Source: Minisyncoccota bacterium
Lineage (GTDB): Bacteria > Patescibacteriota > Minisyncoccia > Phycocordibacterales > Phycocordibacteraceae
Direction of reading: 5' to 3'
DNA length: 64,000 nt
Assembly: GCA_022842945.1 (NCBI GenBank)
Contig: JALHOO010000001.1
Coordinates: 221,830-285,829 of the forward strand
The translations under genes were made by a program, and so were the position numbers. Below the pieces are notes generated by a model. The model was not told the DNA's origin, ran no database searches, and saw only the letters and a list, made by a program, of their open reading frames with translations. Shown piece by piece: positions 49,631 to 57,198 of the stretch (the stretch's first letter is position 1; every line of letters starts with the position of its first letter).

Positions 49631-49703
49631 TAGGCACTTCGAGACGATATTGGAGCCTCTATGTGTTCGTGATACGTTTCTCGAAGAGTTGAAAGGGTTG
49701 AAC

Positions 49704-50030
49704 ATGCTCAGAGAACAAGAAGTTGCCTTGCAACAGATTGATGCCATACGCAAACAAGCGGCACGTAGCCTTACTGAGTTTCTAGAGTCAGGATTCGTAG
49801 GCTCAACAGACGAGGTCATATTCAGCAAGACAGTAGAGGCGTTTGTGCAGTTCTGCGGGGTTTCGGCTGAGGAGCTCGCAGAAGAATGGGCAATGCAACC
49901 AGCAACGGTACGCCGGTACATGCAGGACGGGGCACACTGCCCGATTAATATGCGTCCATACCGTCTCGGCTTAATCCTTACGCGTCTTAAGGGACGGACA
50001 AATAATGTTGTGTATCTTAATAGCCCTTAG
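49704..50030 (+). CDS. Hypothetical HTH-like protein at the left edge of array 4
   Basis: EELAEEWAMQPATVRRY HTH-like motif. Start uncertain. Terminator hairpin overlaps the stop, then a type A site follows. Confidence 0.55.
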   Translation: MLREQEVALQQIDAIRKQAARSLTEFLESGFVGSTDEVIFSKTVEAFVQFCGVSAEELAEEWAMQPATVRRYMQDGAHCPINMRPYRLGLILTRLKGRTNNVVYLNSP

Positions 50031-50045
50031 TCGGGGCTATTCTTT

Positions 50046-50074
50046 TGCTGGCAGCCTGGGACGACGTTGGAACC
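50046..50074 (+). repeat. Type A site
   Basis: TGCTGGCAGCCTGGGACGACGTTGGAACC. Confidence 0.93.
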
Positions 50075-50075
50075 C

Positions 50076-50417
50076 TTACCCTTCAACTTCGTACTGTTCA
50101 GGGTTCCATGCCGGGGTGCACGCAATGATGAGAACGAGCCTTCCGTCCCACCACACCCGCTCTCCTTTCTCAATTAGAACCACGTCCCCTTTCTTGAGAG
50201 GAATCGTTTCATTATTGACAGTTACGTTTCCTTCCCCTTCTTGGACATATACCAACTCTGAAACGGCTTTATTAATCGCACTTCCTTCTAAGGGGTACCG
50301 ACCGGTTATCTCTATGCGTGCCAGATTAATGTCAGGCTCCCCTGTCTGGTATTCAAAGGCTATGCAGGAGGATGCGTTCTCGAATCTTTTTGCATCAGTT
50401 CCGCATACGATTTTCAT
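50076..50417 (-). CDS. Cupin domain protein (cassette)
   Basis: ELVYVQEGEG...LKKGDVVLIEKGE. Stop codon 1 bp from the site. Confidence 0.8.
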   Translation of the reverse strand: MKIVCGTDAKRFENASSCIAFEYQTGEPDINLARIEITGRYPLEGSAINKAVSELVYVQEGEGNVTVNNETIPLKKGDVVLIEKGERVWWDGRLVLIIACTPAWNPEQYEVEG

Positions 50418-50436
50418 CTACTTATTCTAGCAATAT

Positions 50437-50465
50437 TGCTGGCAGTCTGGGACGATGTTGGAACT
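50437..50465 (+). repeat. Type A site
   Basis: TGCTGGCAGTCTGGGACGATGTTGGAACT. Confidence 0.95.
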
Positions 50466-50513
50466 CATATACAAGAGTGTTATGGTTTTCTCCAGACCAG
50501 AACGGAGAACGAC

Positions 50514-50654
50514 ATGACCACCCCTTTGCGTCCCACCGGAGCAAAATCCGACAGGGACATTACTGACGCATTCGGCAAGTTTGCCTTGGAGCTTCCTGGT
50601 GCGAAACGTATTTTGCGTGTACCGACAAGTGCGCCGAAAGACCAGAAACGTTGA
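50514..50654 (+). CDS. Small protein, 46 aa (cassette)
   Basis: GGAG RBS, MTTPLRPTG..., terminator CCCCGATG-GAAA-CGTCGGGG. Confidence 0.55.
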   Translation: MTTPLRPTGAKSDRDITDAFGKFALELPGAKRILRVPTSAPKDQKR

Positions 50655-50710
50655 ATGCTTCACAAACCAGTTGCTTACCCCCGATGGAAACGTCGGGGGC
50701 TTTCTTAAAA

Positions 50711-50739
50711 ATCCTGCTGTCTGGAACAATGTTGGAACT
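50711..50739 (+). repeat. Type A site, variant
   Basis: ATCCTGCTGTCTGGAACAATGTTGGAACT. Confidence 0.85.
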
Positions 50740-50809
50740 TCCATTAGAAATGGCCGGCACCTTGCGAGTGCCGGCCAAGATCAAAAGAATGATTTGTGTT
50801 GATTGACTA

Positions 50810-50947
50810 TTATGGACGCAAGAATGCATCCGCGACGGTCTTGGCGATATCGAGCGGAACCCCTCGATCGAGGTTCTTTCCGATAAGACGCTTGTACCGG
50901 TTGGTTCTGCGCCAGGGCTTGGTAGCTGGTGCTGCTTTCACATGCAT
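50810..50947 (-). CDS. Small basic protein, 45 aa (cassette)
   Basis: Hand-translated as MHVKAAPATKPWRRTNRYKRLIGKNLDRGVPLDIAKTVADAFLRP. GGAG RBS and terminator at 50751-50777. Confidence 0.55.
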   Translation of the reverse strand: MHVKAAPATKPWRRTNRYKRLIGKNLDRGVPLDIAKTVADAFLRP

Positions 50948-51040
50948 AGGAATCTCCAGAAATGAGCGGTATGCCCACTCTTAGGAACTAACCTCAACAA
51001 TCTAAGGTTTCTTCTTAAATACTGTGCTAGGTATGGAGAT

Positions 51041-51069
51041 TGCCAGCTGTCTGGAACAATGTTGGAACC
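51041..51069 (+). repeat. Type A site, variant
   Basis: TGCCAGCTGTCTGGAACAATGTTGGAACC. Confidence 0.9.
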
Positions 51070-51573
51070 CTATTCCTTTCTAGGGAATGAGTGCAGCCAA
51101 GAAATAAGACGCTCTAGTGGTACGGTACGGTCCTTCTGTTCAGTCTTAAAGCAACGAGGTACAAGCGAGACTGGTACGGTGTAGACACGCTCTTCGGACT
51201 CAGAAAGATACGCCTTTCTCTGCTCAACAAACAAACAGTTTGGATAGTCTTGGCCTTCCCATACCTTCTCAAAAGAGCTCTCCTGACTCCGGTACGCAAG
51301 TATTTCTACCCCTCCTCCTTCTCGGCTGCTTGCAGAGAATGCATAATACTCTGCGTCCTTTGCCTTGAGAGAAAGATCTGTCTCTGGCGGCAATTCTAGT
51401 TCTTGCTTGGCCTTCTCAAGTACGGCAGAAAAACCTTCAGTTTGACTCATCTCTTCTGCATTTGCCCGGGCACTCGCCTCAAGCGATTCGGTGCTTTTGG
51501 GGGTTAGGAGGAAAATAGCTGCTGCCAATGTTAGTACGAAGATTCCTATTGCAAGGTTTCCGTGCGCTTTCAT
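51070..51573 (-). CDS. Membrane-anchored/secreted hypothetical protein (cassette)
   Basis: N-terminal TM helix. Stop codon abuts the site. Confidence 0.65.
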   Translation of the reverse strand: MKAHGNLAIGIFVLTLAAAIFLLTPKSTESLEASARANAEEMSQTEGFSAVLEKAKQELELPPETDLSLKAKDAEYYAFSASSREGGGVEILAYRSQESSFEKVWEGQDYPNCLFVEQRKAYLSESEERVYTVPVSLVPRCFKTEQKDRTVPLERLISWLHSFPRKE

Positions 51574-51606
51574 GCTTTAAATTGTATCAGTTGTGTATAC
51601 CTTTAC

Positions 51607-51635
51607 TGCCAGCTGTCTGGAACAATGTTGGAATC
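51607..51635 (+). repeat. Type A site, variant
   Basis: TGCCAGCTGTCTGGAACAATGTTGGAATC. Confidence 0.9.
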
Positions 51636-51683
51636 CTCCAGGCACAGTGCTATTATCGGCCTAGGCAGAACAAGGAGCCTCAA

Positions 51684-51917
51684 GTGGTACATGAATCAAC
51701 ATTCACCTTCGTGAGTGCGGACGGCCAGAGAATCGAGGCCAACCGCAGGACCAACCCTGATGGCTCTGTCGGAGGATGGGTTGCTGGAAACGCTGACGTG
51801 CATCCGACTGCGATCATCAATGTCGACGCAATTGTCGAGCCTGGCGCTATCGTGGGCGAGAACGAGCATCTCGCCGCAGGAGAGACCAAGAGCGGCGACG
51901 GGTGGACGAACGCGTAA
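51684..51917 (+). CDS. Small protein with hexapeptide (left-handed beta-helix)-like repeats (cassette)
   Basis: AAGGAG RBS with GTG start. VAGNAD-VHPTAI-INVDAI-VEPGAI-VGENEH periodicity. Terminator at about 51923-51960. Confidence 0.6.
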   Translation: MVHESTFTFVSADGQRIEANRRTNPDGSVGGWVAGNADVHPTAIINVDAIVEPGAIVGENEHLAAGETKSGDGWTNA

Positions 51918-51963
51918 GAATAGGGGCAGTCGGACGAATCTTGTCCGACTGCCCTTTCTTAAT

Positions 51964-51992
51964 TGCTGGGGGTCTGGGACGATGTTGGAACC
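51964..51992 (+). repeat. Type A site
   Basis: TGCTGGGGGTCTGGGACGATGTTGGAACC, identical to the 7870 copy. Confidence 0.95.
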
Positions 51993-52029
51993 GTCTTGAC
52001 ACTCCACAGACAGGTGTATACTTAACAGT

Positions 52030-52314
52030 GGAAGTAAGGGAGGACATCAAACGAGACTCTCGGCCCAACAGCCGGGACCAGGCCATCCTTCGAGAAGTCA
52101 CGCTAAATGCTTCGGCAGCCATAGAGGGTTCCAGCCCCGTAAGCGGTACAACTTCAAAGAAGGTCTGAGTAAGCTTGTGCAAGTGCGCACATGTACAAGC
52201 CCAACACGGGTGGTTCTGCTTAAGCCGTTAGGCGTCAGCAAGTAGAGTTGGGTTTCGACCCAATGAACCGGTTCTCACTTTTGAGCTGCCATCCAAGCCT
52301 AAGCCCTTTCTTCC
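52030..52314 (+). ncRNA. Putative ~285-nt highly structured non-coding RNA (cassette)
   Basis: TTGACA (51996) and TATACT (52017) upstream. The 5' GGAAGTAAGGG pairs with the 3' CCCTTTCTTCC. Multiple hairpins including UUCG tetraloops. Terminator at 52328-52356. No credible ORF. Confidence 0.7.
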
Positions 52315-52360
52315 AACTTTTCTTTCAGGCCACCTCTCGGGGTGGTCTTTCTCTTTAGAT

Positions 52361-52389
52361 TGCTGGCAGTCTGGGACGACGTTAGAACT
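52361..52389 (+). repeat. Type A site
   Basis: TGCTGGCAGTCTGGGACGACGTTAGAACT. Confidence 0.92.
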
Positions 52390-52392
52390 TTA

Positions 52393-52692
52393 CTACGCCT
52401 TAACGATGGTTTTCTTAACAGACTCAACAAATAGTCTAAAAGCAGGACGGTCTTCTTTCTCGTATACAACCTTAACTCCAAGCAGGTGTTGCCTAGGGCA
52501 AGAAAGATCTTTTCTCGCGATAGAAACCTTCGGGTCCCGTATTCTGTCCAAGTACAGCCTTCTTAATGCGCCTGGACCATCTTTCTGGTACCGGCAGATT
52601 TCCACGCCGCACTTCTCGCATGTAATAGCGAGTAAACGAGAATATCCCCCGCGGCTTCTGCGGAATTTATCGTTCTTAAACTTCTCGCTCAT
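52393..52692 (-). CDS. Small basic zinc-ribbon-like protein (cassette)
   Basis: CEKC...YQKDGPG...CPRQHLLG. Stop codon 3 bp from the site. Confidence 0.7.
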   Translation of the reverse strand: MSEKFKNDKFRRSRGGYSRLLAITCEKCGVEICRYQKDGPGALRRLYLDRIRDPKVSIARKDLSCPRQHLLGVKVVYEKEDRPAFRLFVESVKKTIVKA

Positions 52693-52716
52693 ACGCAAAG
52701 GTTAGCACAGCGATAT

Positions 52717-52740
52717 TGCTGGCAGACTAGGGACCGAACC
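52717..52740 (+). repeat. Type B terminal site
   Basis: TGCTGGCAGACTAGGGACCGAACC, overlapping the alaS stop codon. Confidence 0.85.
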
Positions 52741-54656
52741 TACACCAACACCGCCTTGATACGGCGCACTCCAGACGCAACCGCCTCTTCCTTCTGTATC
52801 TTGAACCTGCGGTCCTCAGCGTGGATCTCGCTGGTATTCGCTACGTGCGGGCCTCCACAGAACTCAAGAGAGAACGCGTTTGGAATATCAGGATTCTCTT
52901 CAGTTGCGTGTATAGGGCCAACTGAGTACACCGACACCATGTCTGGATACTTAACCCCGAACTCCATCTCTGCACCAAGCTTCTCTGCTTCCTCGCGAGG
53001 CATAACAGAACGCGTAACCGGAAGATCCTGATATATGATGTCGTTCACAATCTTTTCAACCTCAGCCTTCTGCTCGTCCGTCATCTTTCCAGGCGACGCA
53101 AAGTCTATACGAAGACGTTCAGAGGTTATGTTGGAGCCTCTCTGCTTAACTTCTGGCCCCAAGACCATTTGCAAAGCCTTAAGAAGAATGTGGTGTGTGG
53201 TGTGGTAGCGGACGGTTTGTTCTGCATGGTCGGCAAGACCTCCTGCAAAGCGCTGGGCACCCCCTGCACGGGATGTCTCCTGGTGTTTCTTCATAAGCTC
53301 CATAACCGCCGTAAGATCAATTTCAATCTCACGCTCCTTTGCAATCTCTTCTGTAAGCTCAATAGGAAAGCCATAGGTAGTGAAGAGGGTAAACACGTCT
53401 TCCGGTGTAATAGCCCCTTTAGAAACGAGCTTCTCAAGCTCTCGAAGTCCTGTGGTGAGAGTCTTGCGGAACTTCTCTTCCTCCTTCGCTATCTCCTCAC
53501 GTATCTTGTCCGCGTTTTGTGCTACATGCGGATAGTGATCGGCATACACGTCGCCGTATCCCTTCGCTACGTCAGCGAGTACTGCGTCATGAATACCCAG
53601 GCGATCTGATTCGCGAATGGCGCGGCGTAGAAGCCTGCGAAGCACATACCCTGCCTCAGAGTTAGAAGGCACGATACCTTCAGCGAGCATGAAAGAAGCC
53701 GCGCGCATGTGGTCAAGGATGATGCGGAACGAGCGCATGGTTGCCTCGTCTGAGTGATACTTCTTTCCTGAGCGCTCCTCAATAACGGCGCGAGCAGCGT
53801 CAAAGATATCAAGCTCAAAGATGTCTGGACCAACCGTTGCCATGGTTATGCGCTCAAGTCCCCCGCCAAAATCAATATTCTTCTTCGGAAGCTCTACAAA
53901 CGAACCATCCTCCTGCTTCATGAACTGCATGAACACCGAGTTTCCAATCTCTACAAAGCGTCCACAGTCGCAGTTAGGGTGGCAATGCGCACCCCACTTC
54001 GGATCGTGCTCTGTACCAAAGTCATAGAAGATCTCTGAGTCCGGTCCCCCTGGCTCCCCTGCAGGCATGTTGCTTGGTACGCCCGAACGGCTCCACCAGT
54101 TCTTCTTCGCGTCGTATGCAAAGATGCGGTCGTTTGGTCCCATACCCTTTTCGTACCCCGCCTCCTCGCTCCCTATGTTTGAGAACTCTGCAGAGACGCC
54201 GACCTCGCCAAAAAGACGCTTCCACAGTTCAATAGCCTCCGTATCTAGAGGAATACCTGCCTCCGTGTCTTCTGCAAACACCGTTACATAGAGCCTGTTC
54301 GGGTCAATACCAAAGCCGGTTTCCTTGCTTGTGAGGAACTCAAATATCCACGGAAGCTGTTCCTGTTTGAAATAGTCGCCAAAGGACCAGTTCCCAAGCA
54401 TCTCGAAGAAGGTGGTGTGACGGTTGTCACCCACTTCTTCAATGTCTCCCGCTCGAAACGAGAGCTGCGCATTAACCACACGCTTACCTTCTGGGTGGTC
54501 CTCACCGAGAAAATACGGCAAGAGTGGCTGCATGCCGCTTGAGGTGAAGAGGGTAGTTGGATCGTTGCCGGGGACTATGGGTGCTGACGGGATAATCACG
54601 TGCCCACGTGCCTCATAGAAAGCCAAGAACCTGCGGCGTACTTCAGATACGGTCAT
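52740..54656 (-). CDS. alaS: Alanine--tRNA ligase, short form lacking the C-Ala domain
   Basis: HTTFFEMLGNWSFGDYFK, HTTHH and EFCGGPHV; ends at GVRRIKAVL. Confidence 0.96.
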   Translation of the reverse strand: MTVSEVRRRFLAFYEARGHVIIPSAPIVPGNDPTTLFTSSGMQPLLPYFLGEDHPEGKRVVNAQLSFRAGDIEEVGDNRHTTFFEMLGNWSFGDYFKQEQLPWIFEFLTSKETGFGIDPNRLYVTVFAEDTEAGIPLDTEAIELWKRLFGEVGVSAEFSNIGSEEAGYEKGMGPNDRIFAYDAKKNWWSRSGVPSNMPAGEPGGPDSEIFYDFGTEHDPKWGAHCHPNCDCGRFVEIGNSVFMQFMKQEDGSFVELPKKNIDFGGGLERITMATVGPDIFELDIFDAARAVIEERSGKKYHSDEATMRSFRIILDHMRAASFMLAEGIVPSNSEAGYVLRRLLRRAIRESDRLGIHDAVLADVAKGYGDVYADHYPHVAQNADKIREEIAKEEEKFRKTLTTGLRELEKLVSKGAITPEDVFTLFTTYGFPIELTEEIAKEREIEIDLTAVMELMKKHQETSRAGGAQRFAGGLADHAEQTVRYHTTHHILLKALQMVLGPEVKQRGSNITSERLRIDFASPGKMTDEQKAEVEKIVNDIIYQDLPVTRSVMPREEAEKLGAEMEFGVKYPDMVSVYSVGPIHATEENPDIPNAFSLEFCGGPHVANTSEIHAEDRRFKIQKEEAVASGVRRIKAVLV

Positions 54657-54699
54657 AGTGGTATGACGATACCACGCTTAGACGCTCGAATAAAACCCT

Positions 54700-56457
54700 T
54701 TATTTGATGAGCTTCTCAAGGCGAGCTACGTCGCGCTCTATAGACTTGAGTCCCTCAAGGAAGATGTCTGGTTTCTTCGTGTTTAGGCCACACGTTTTGA
54801 AGATATCTTCAGGCGACATGCTTTCACCCGCAGAAAGGAATCCGTCTACTTTCTTGATGTAATTTGGGTCCTTTTCAAGCTTCGCGTGGAGCCCCTTGCT
54901 TATAAGCTGTCCGTACGCGTAGGAGTACACGTAGAAGAACCTCCTGATATGGCTCCAGTTAACGAAGAAATACCCGTCTCCCCGCTTCAGGGTAAACGCA
55001 GGACCAAGATAGGACTGCATGTGCTCGTTCATAAGGTCTGCAATGCGCTCCTTTGATACATACCCCTCCTTTCGTATAAGCGCGTGTAGGGAGCGCTCAA
55101 AGCTAAAGCAGGCAATTTGTCGGAACACCGTACTTACGTCGTCCTGGATAACGTTATGCAGTGCGATTATCTGTTCATCTGCAGGAAGGCTTGCAACGAG
55201 TCGCTTCAATGCTGCGTACTCGAAGAATGTGCTCGCTGTCTCTGCGGTTGAGATTGGGTGTCCTTGGTACAGAGGACGCTGATCCTTTGCGCGCTCTGCA
55301 TGAACGGCATGCCCCATCTCGTGCGCAAGTGTCTTAAGAGACTCAAACGTATCTGTGTGGTTAAGAAGCACGAACGTCGGCACATTCTGGCCACTTGAAC
55401 AGTACGCACCGCCTGACTTCCCCTTCTTTGGGTATACATCTACCTGGCCGTTGGCGAGCAAACGATCAAAAATGGCTCCGTAGCTAGGATCTAGCTCAAC
55501 AAACACTTCGCGCACAATTTCTACTGCCTTCTCAAAAGAGATCTTTGTCTTTAATTCGCCAACTGAGGCGCTCCTATCTGCATACGTAAGGGTATCGAGT
55601 TTGAGTAGCTTGCGCTTCGCCTCATAGAAGCGGTGTGATATTTTCTTACTCTTTTCAACCGCATCGACGAGCGCAAGCACGCTCTTAACATCGTTCTGGT
55701 ACCCGCGAATAGTTGCCTCGTACGGCTCTTTCATGCCACGCAACTCGTCCTCAATCTTCTTGTCGGTATAGATAGCATTTATCTCTCCCTCAGCTACATC
55801 CGCTACGCTTTCATATGCTTCGTTCAAGAGTTGGCCGAGCTTCTGGCGCTTGGCGGTTGGCAGGTTCGCCATGATACCGCCTGCTTCAGGAAGCGGTAGA
55901 GTCTTTCCGTCAAACTCAACAACCTTCTTGTTGAGTACATTATCTGTTAGCTGAACCCATCGGCCATGCGACACATCATCCTTGAGCGAAAGGATTTTCT
56001 CTTCAGGCTCTGAAAGATCGTATCGTGCGTTCTCGAACACCTGAGCAAGCCAATAACGGAAAGGTGCGAGTACTGGAGCCGCAAGAAATGCTTTTTGCTT
56101 CTCGGAAGGGATCTTTCCAAGCTCGAGTGCGAAGAAAAGAAGCTTGTTGCCACGCTTCGTTGAACGATCCTCAAGACGCGCTGCGAGTGCCTCTGCTTCT
56201 TTGTCCTCTACGTTCAAGTCCTTTCTAAAGTACACGTAATAGCTGGCCTTGGCTGCCGGCATGCCAATGAGTGCCTCGTATGCTGTGAGCGCTTCGGCAA
56301 GAGCTTTTGCATTCTTCAAGTGACGCTTGTCCTCGGTGTACTTCTTAGCAAATGCAGATACCGCCTTGTCTGCATCTTTCTGATCCTTTTCGATTGCAGG
56401 GTCAGTGGCAGAGGAGTAAAAGACGGAGAGGTCCCATTGGGTTTTAAGTGCAGTCAT
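54700..56457 (-). CDS. pepF: M3B oligoendopeptidase F-like peptidase
   Basis: WDLS, GGAYC, HEMGH, AETAST and FYVYSY. Confidence 0.85.
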   Translation of the reverse strand: MTALKTQWDLSVFYSSATDPAIEKDQKDADKAVSAFAKKYTEDKRHLKNAKALAEALTAYEALIGMPAAKASYYVYFRKDLNVEDKEAEALAARLEDRSTKRGNKLLFFALELGKIPSEKQKAFLAAPVLAPFRYWLAQVFENARYDLSEPEEKILSLKDDVSHGRWVQLTDNVLNKKVVEFDGKTLPLPEAGGIMANLPTAKRQKLGQLLNEAYESVADVAEGEINAIYTDKKIEDELRGMKEPYEATIRGYQNDVKSVLALVDAVEKSKKISHRFYEAKRKLLKLDTLTYADRSASVGELKTKISFEKAVEIVREVFVELDPSYGAIFDRLLANGQVDVYPKKGKSGGAYCSSGQNVPTFVLLNHTDTFESLKTLAHEMGHAVHAERAKDQRPLYQGHPISTAETASTFFEYAALKRLVASLPADEQIIALHNVIQDDVSTVFRQIACFSFERSLHALIRKEGYVSKERIADLMNEHMQSYLGPAFTLKRGDGYFFVNWSHIRRFFYVYSYAYGQLISKGLHAKLEKDPNYIKKVDGFLSAGESMSPEDIFKTCGLNTKKPDIFLEGLKSIERDVARLEKLIK

Positions 56458-56521
56458 ATAAAGACAATACCAATTTAGAGGGGATGGTGTCTAATTGCTC
56501 TTTTGTGAGGTGTGTCCAAAC

Positions 56522-57190
56522 CTACATCCACTCAATACCCTTCTTCTCCTTCATCTCGAGATACTCATTCGTCTTGCTAAACGGCCTCGAGCCAAAGAAC
56601 CCGCTGTGTGCTGAAAACGGTGAAGGATGCGGAGACTCAATAACCAGGTGTTTTGTACGATCAATATGTATCCCTTTCGTACGGGCGTAGGTGCCCCACA
56701 ATATGAATACAAGGTTCTCCCGCTCCTCTGAAAGGACTTTCATAACCGCGTCTGTAAACTGTTCCCACCCTTTCTTCTGGTGCGAGCCAGGAGAGCCACT
56801 ACGCACCGTAAGGGTGGCATTTAGAAGAAGCACCCCTTGTTGTGCCCAGCGGGTAAGGTCCCCGTCCCTATGCTCAAGGGGTTCTCCAAGATCGCTCTCT
56901 AATTCCTTGTAGATATTGCGTAGGGAAGGCGGAAGGGTTGTTCCAGACTCAACAGAGAACGAAAGACCTACAGCCTGACCTGCTCCATGGTATGGATCCT
57001 GTCCAAGAATAACTACCTTAACTGCATCAAAGGGTGTGAGCTCAAATGCACGGAATATGTTCTTTGACTCCGGGTACACTGTAGACTCTGCATACTCCTT
57101 TTCAACAAAGGCTGCGAGCTCTGCAAAGTATGGTCTGCCTAACTCCCCTGCGAGCTTTGCCTTCCAGGATGGTTCAAGTGCAGTATCCAT
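56522..57190 (-). CDS. ung: Uracil-DNA glycosylase
   Basis: GQDPYH, GVLLLN and HPSP. Confidence 0.96.
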   Translation of the reverse strand: MDTALEPSWKAKLAGELGRPYFAELAAFVEKEYAESTVYPESKNIFRAFELTPFDAVKVVILGQDPYHGAGQAVGLSFSVESGTTLPPSLRNIYKELESDLGEPLEHRDGDLTRWAQQGVLLLNATLTVRSGSPGSHQKKGWEQFTDAVMKVLSEERENLVFILWGTYARTKGIHIDRTKHLVIESPHPSPFSAHSGFFGSRPFSKTNEYLEMKEKKGIEWM

Positions 57191-57198
57191 ACGCACTG

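Noticed and set aside
50436-50654. ORF-track proteins that begin in or run through the repeats (MLAVWDDVGT...)
   Set aside because: Better SD-supported starts lie downstream, for example at 50514. The extensions result from the repeat being an open frame.
327-52740. The 29-bp repeats as a CRISPR array
   Set aside because: The intervals are 200-650 bp, variable and gene-containing, and no cas operon is present.
327-52740. The repeats as classical integron attC or Xer pdif sites
   Set aside because: GTTGGAA only nearly matches GTTRRRY. There is no RYYYAAC partner, no long bottom-strand hairpin, no XerC/XerD box similarity and no intI gene.
52740-54656. Short alaS as a pseudogene truncated by the array
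   Set aside because: The catalytic and editing domains are intact and it ends cleanly after the editing domain. AlaRS lacking C-Ala is a known natural form.
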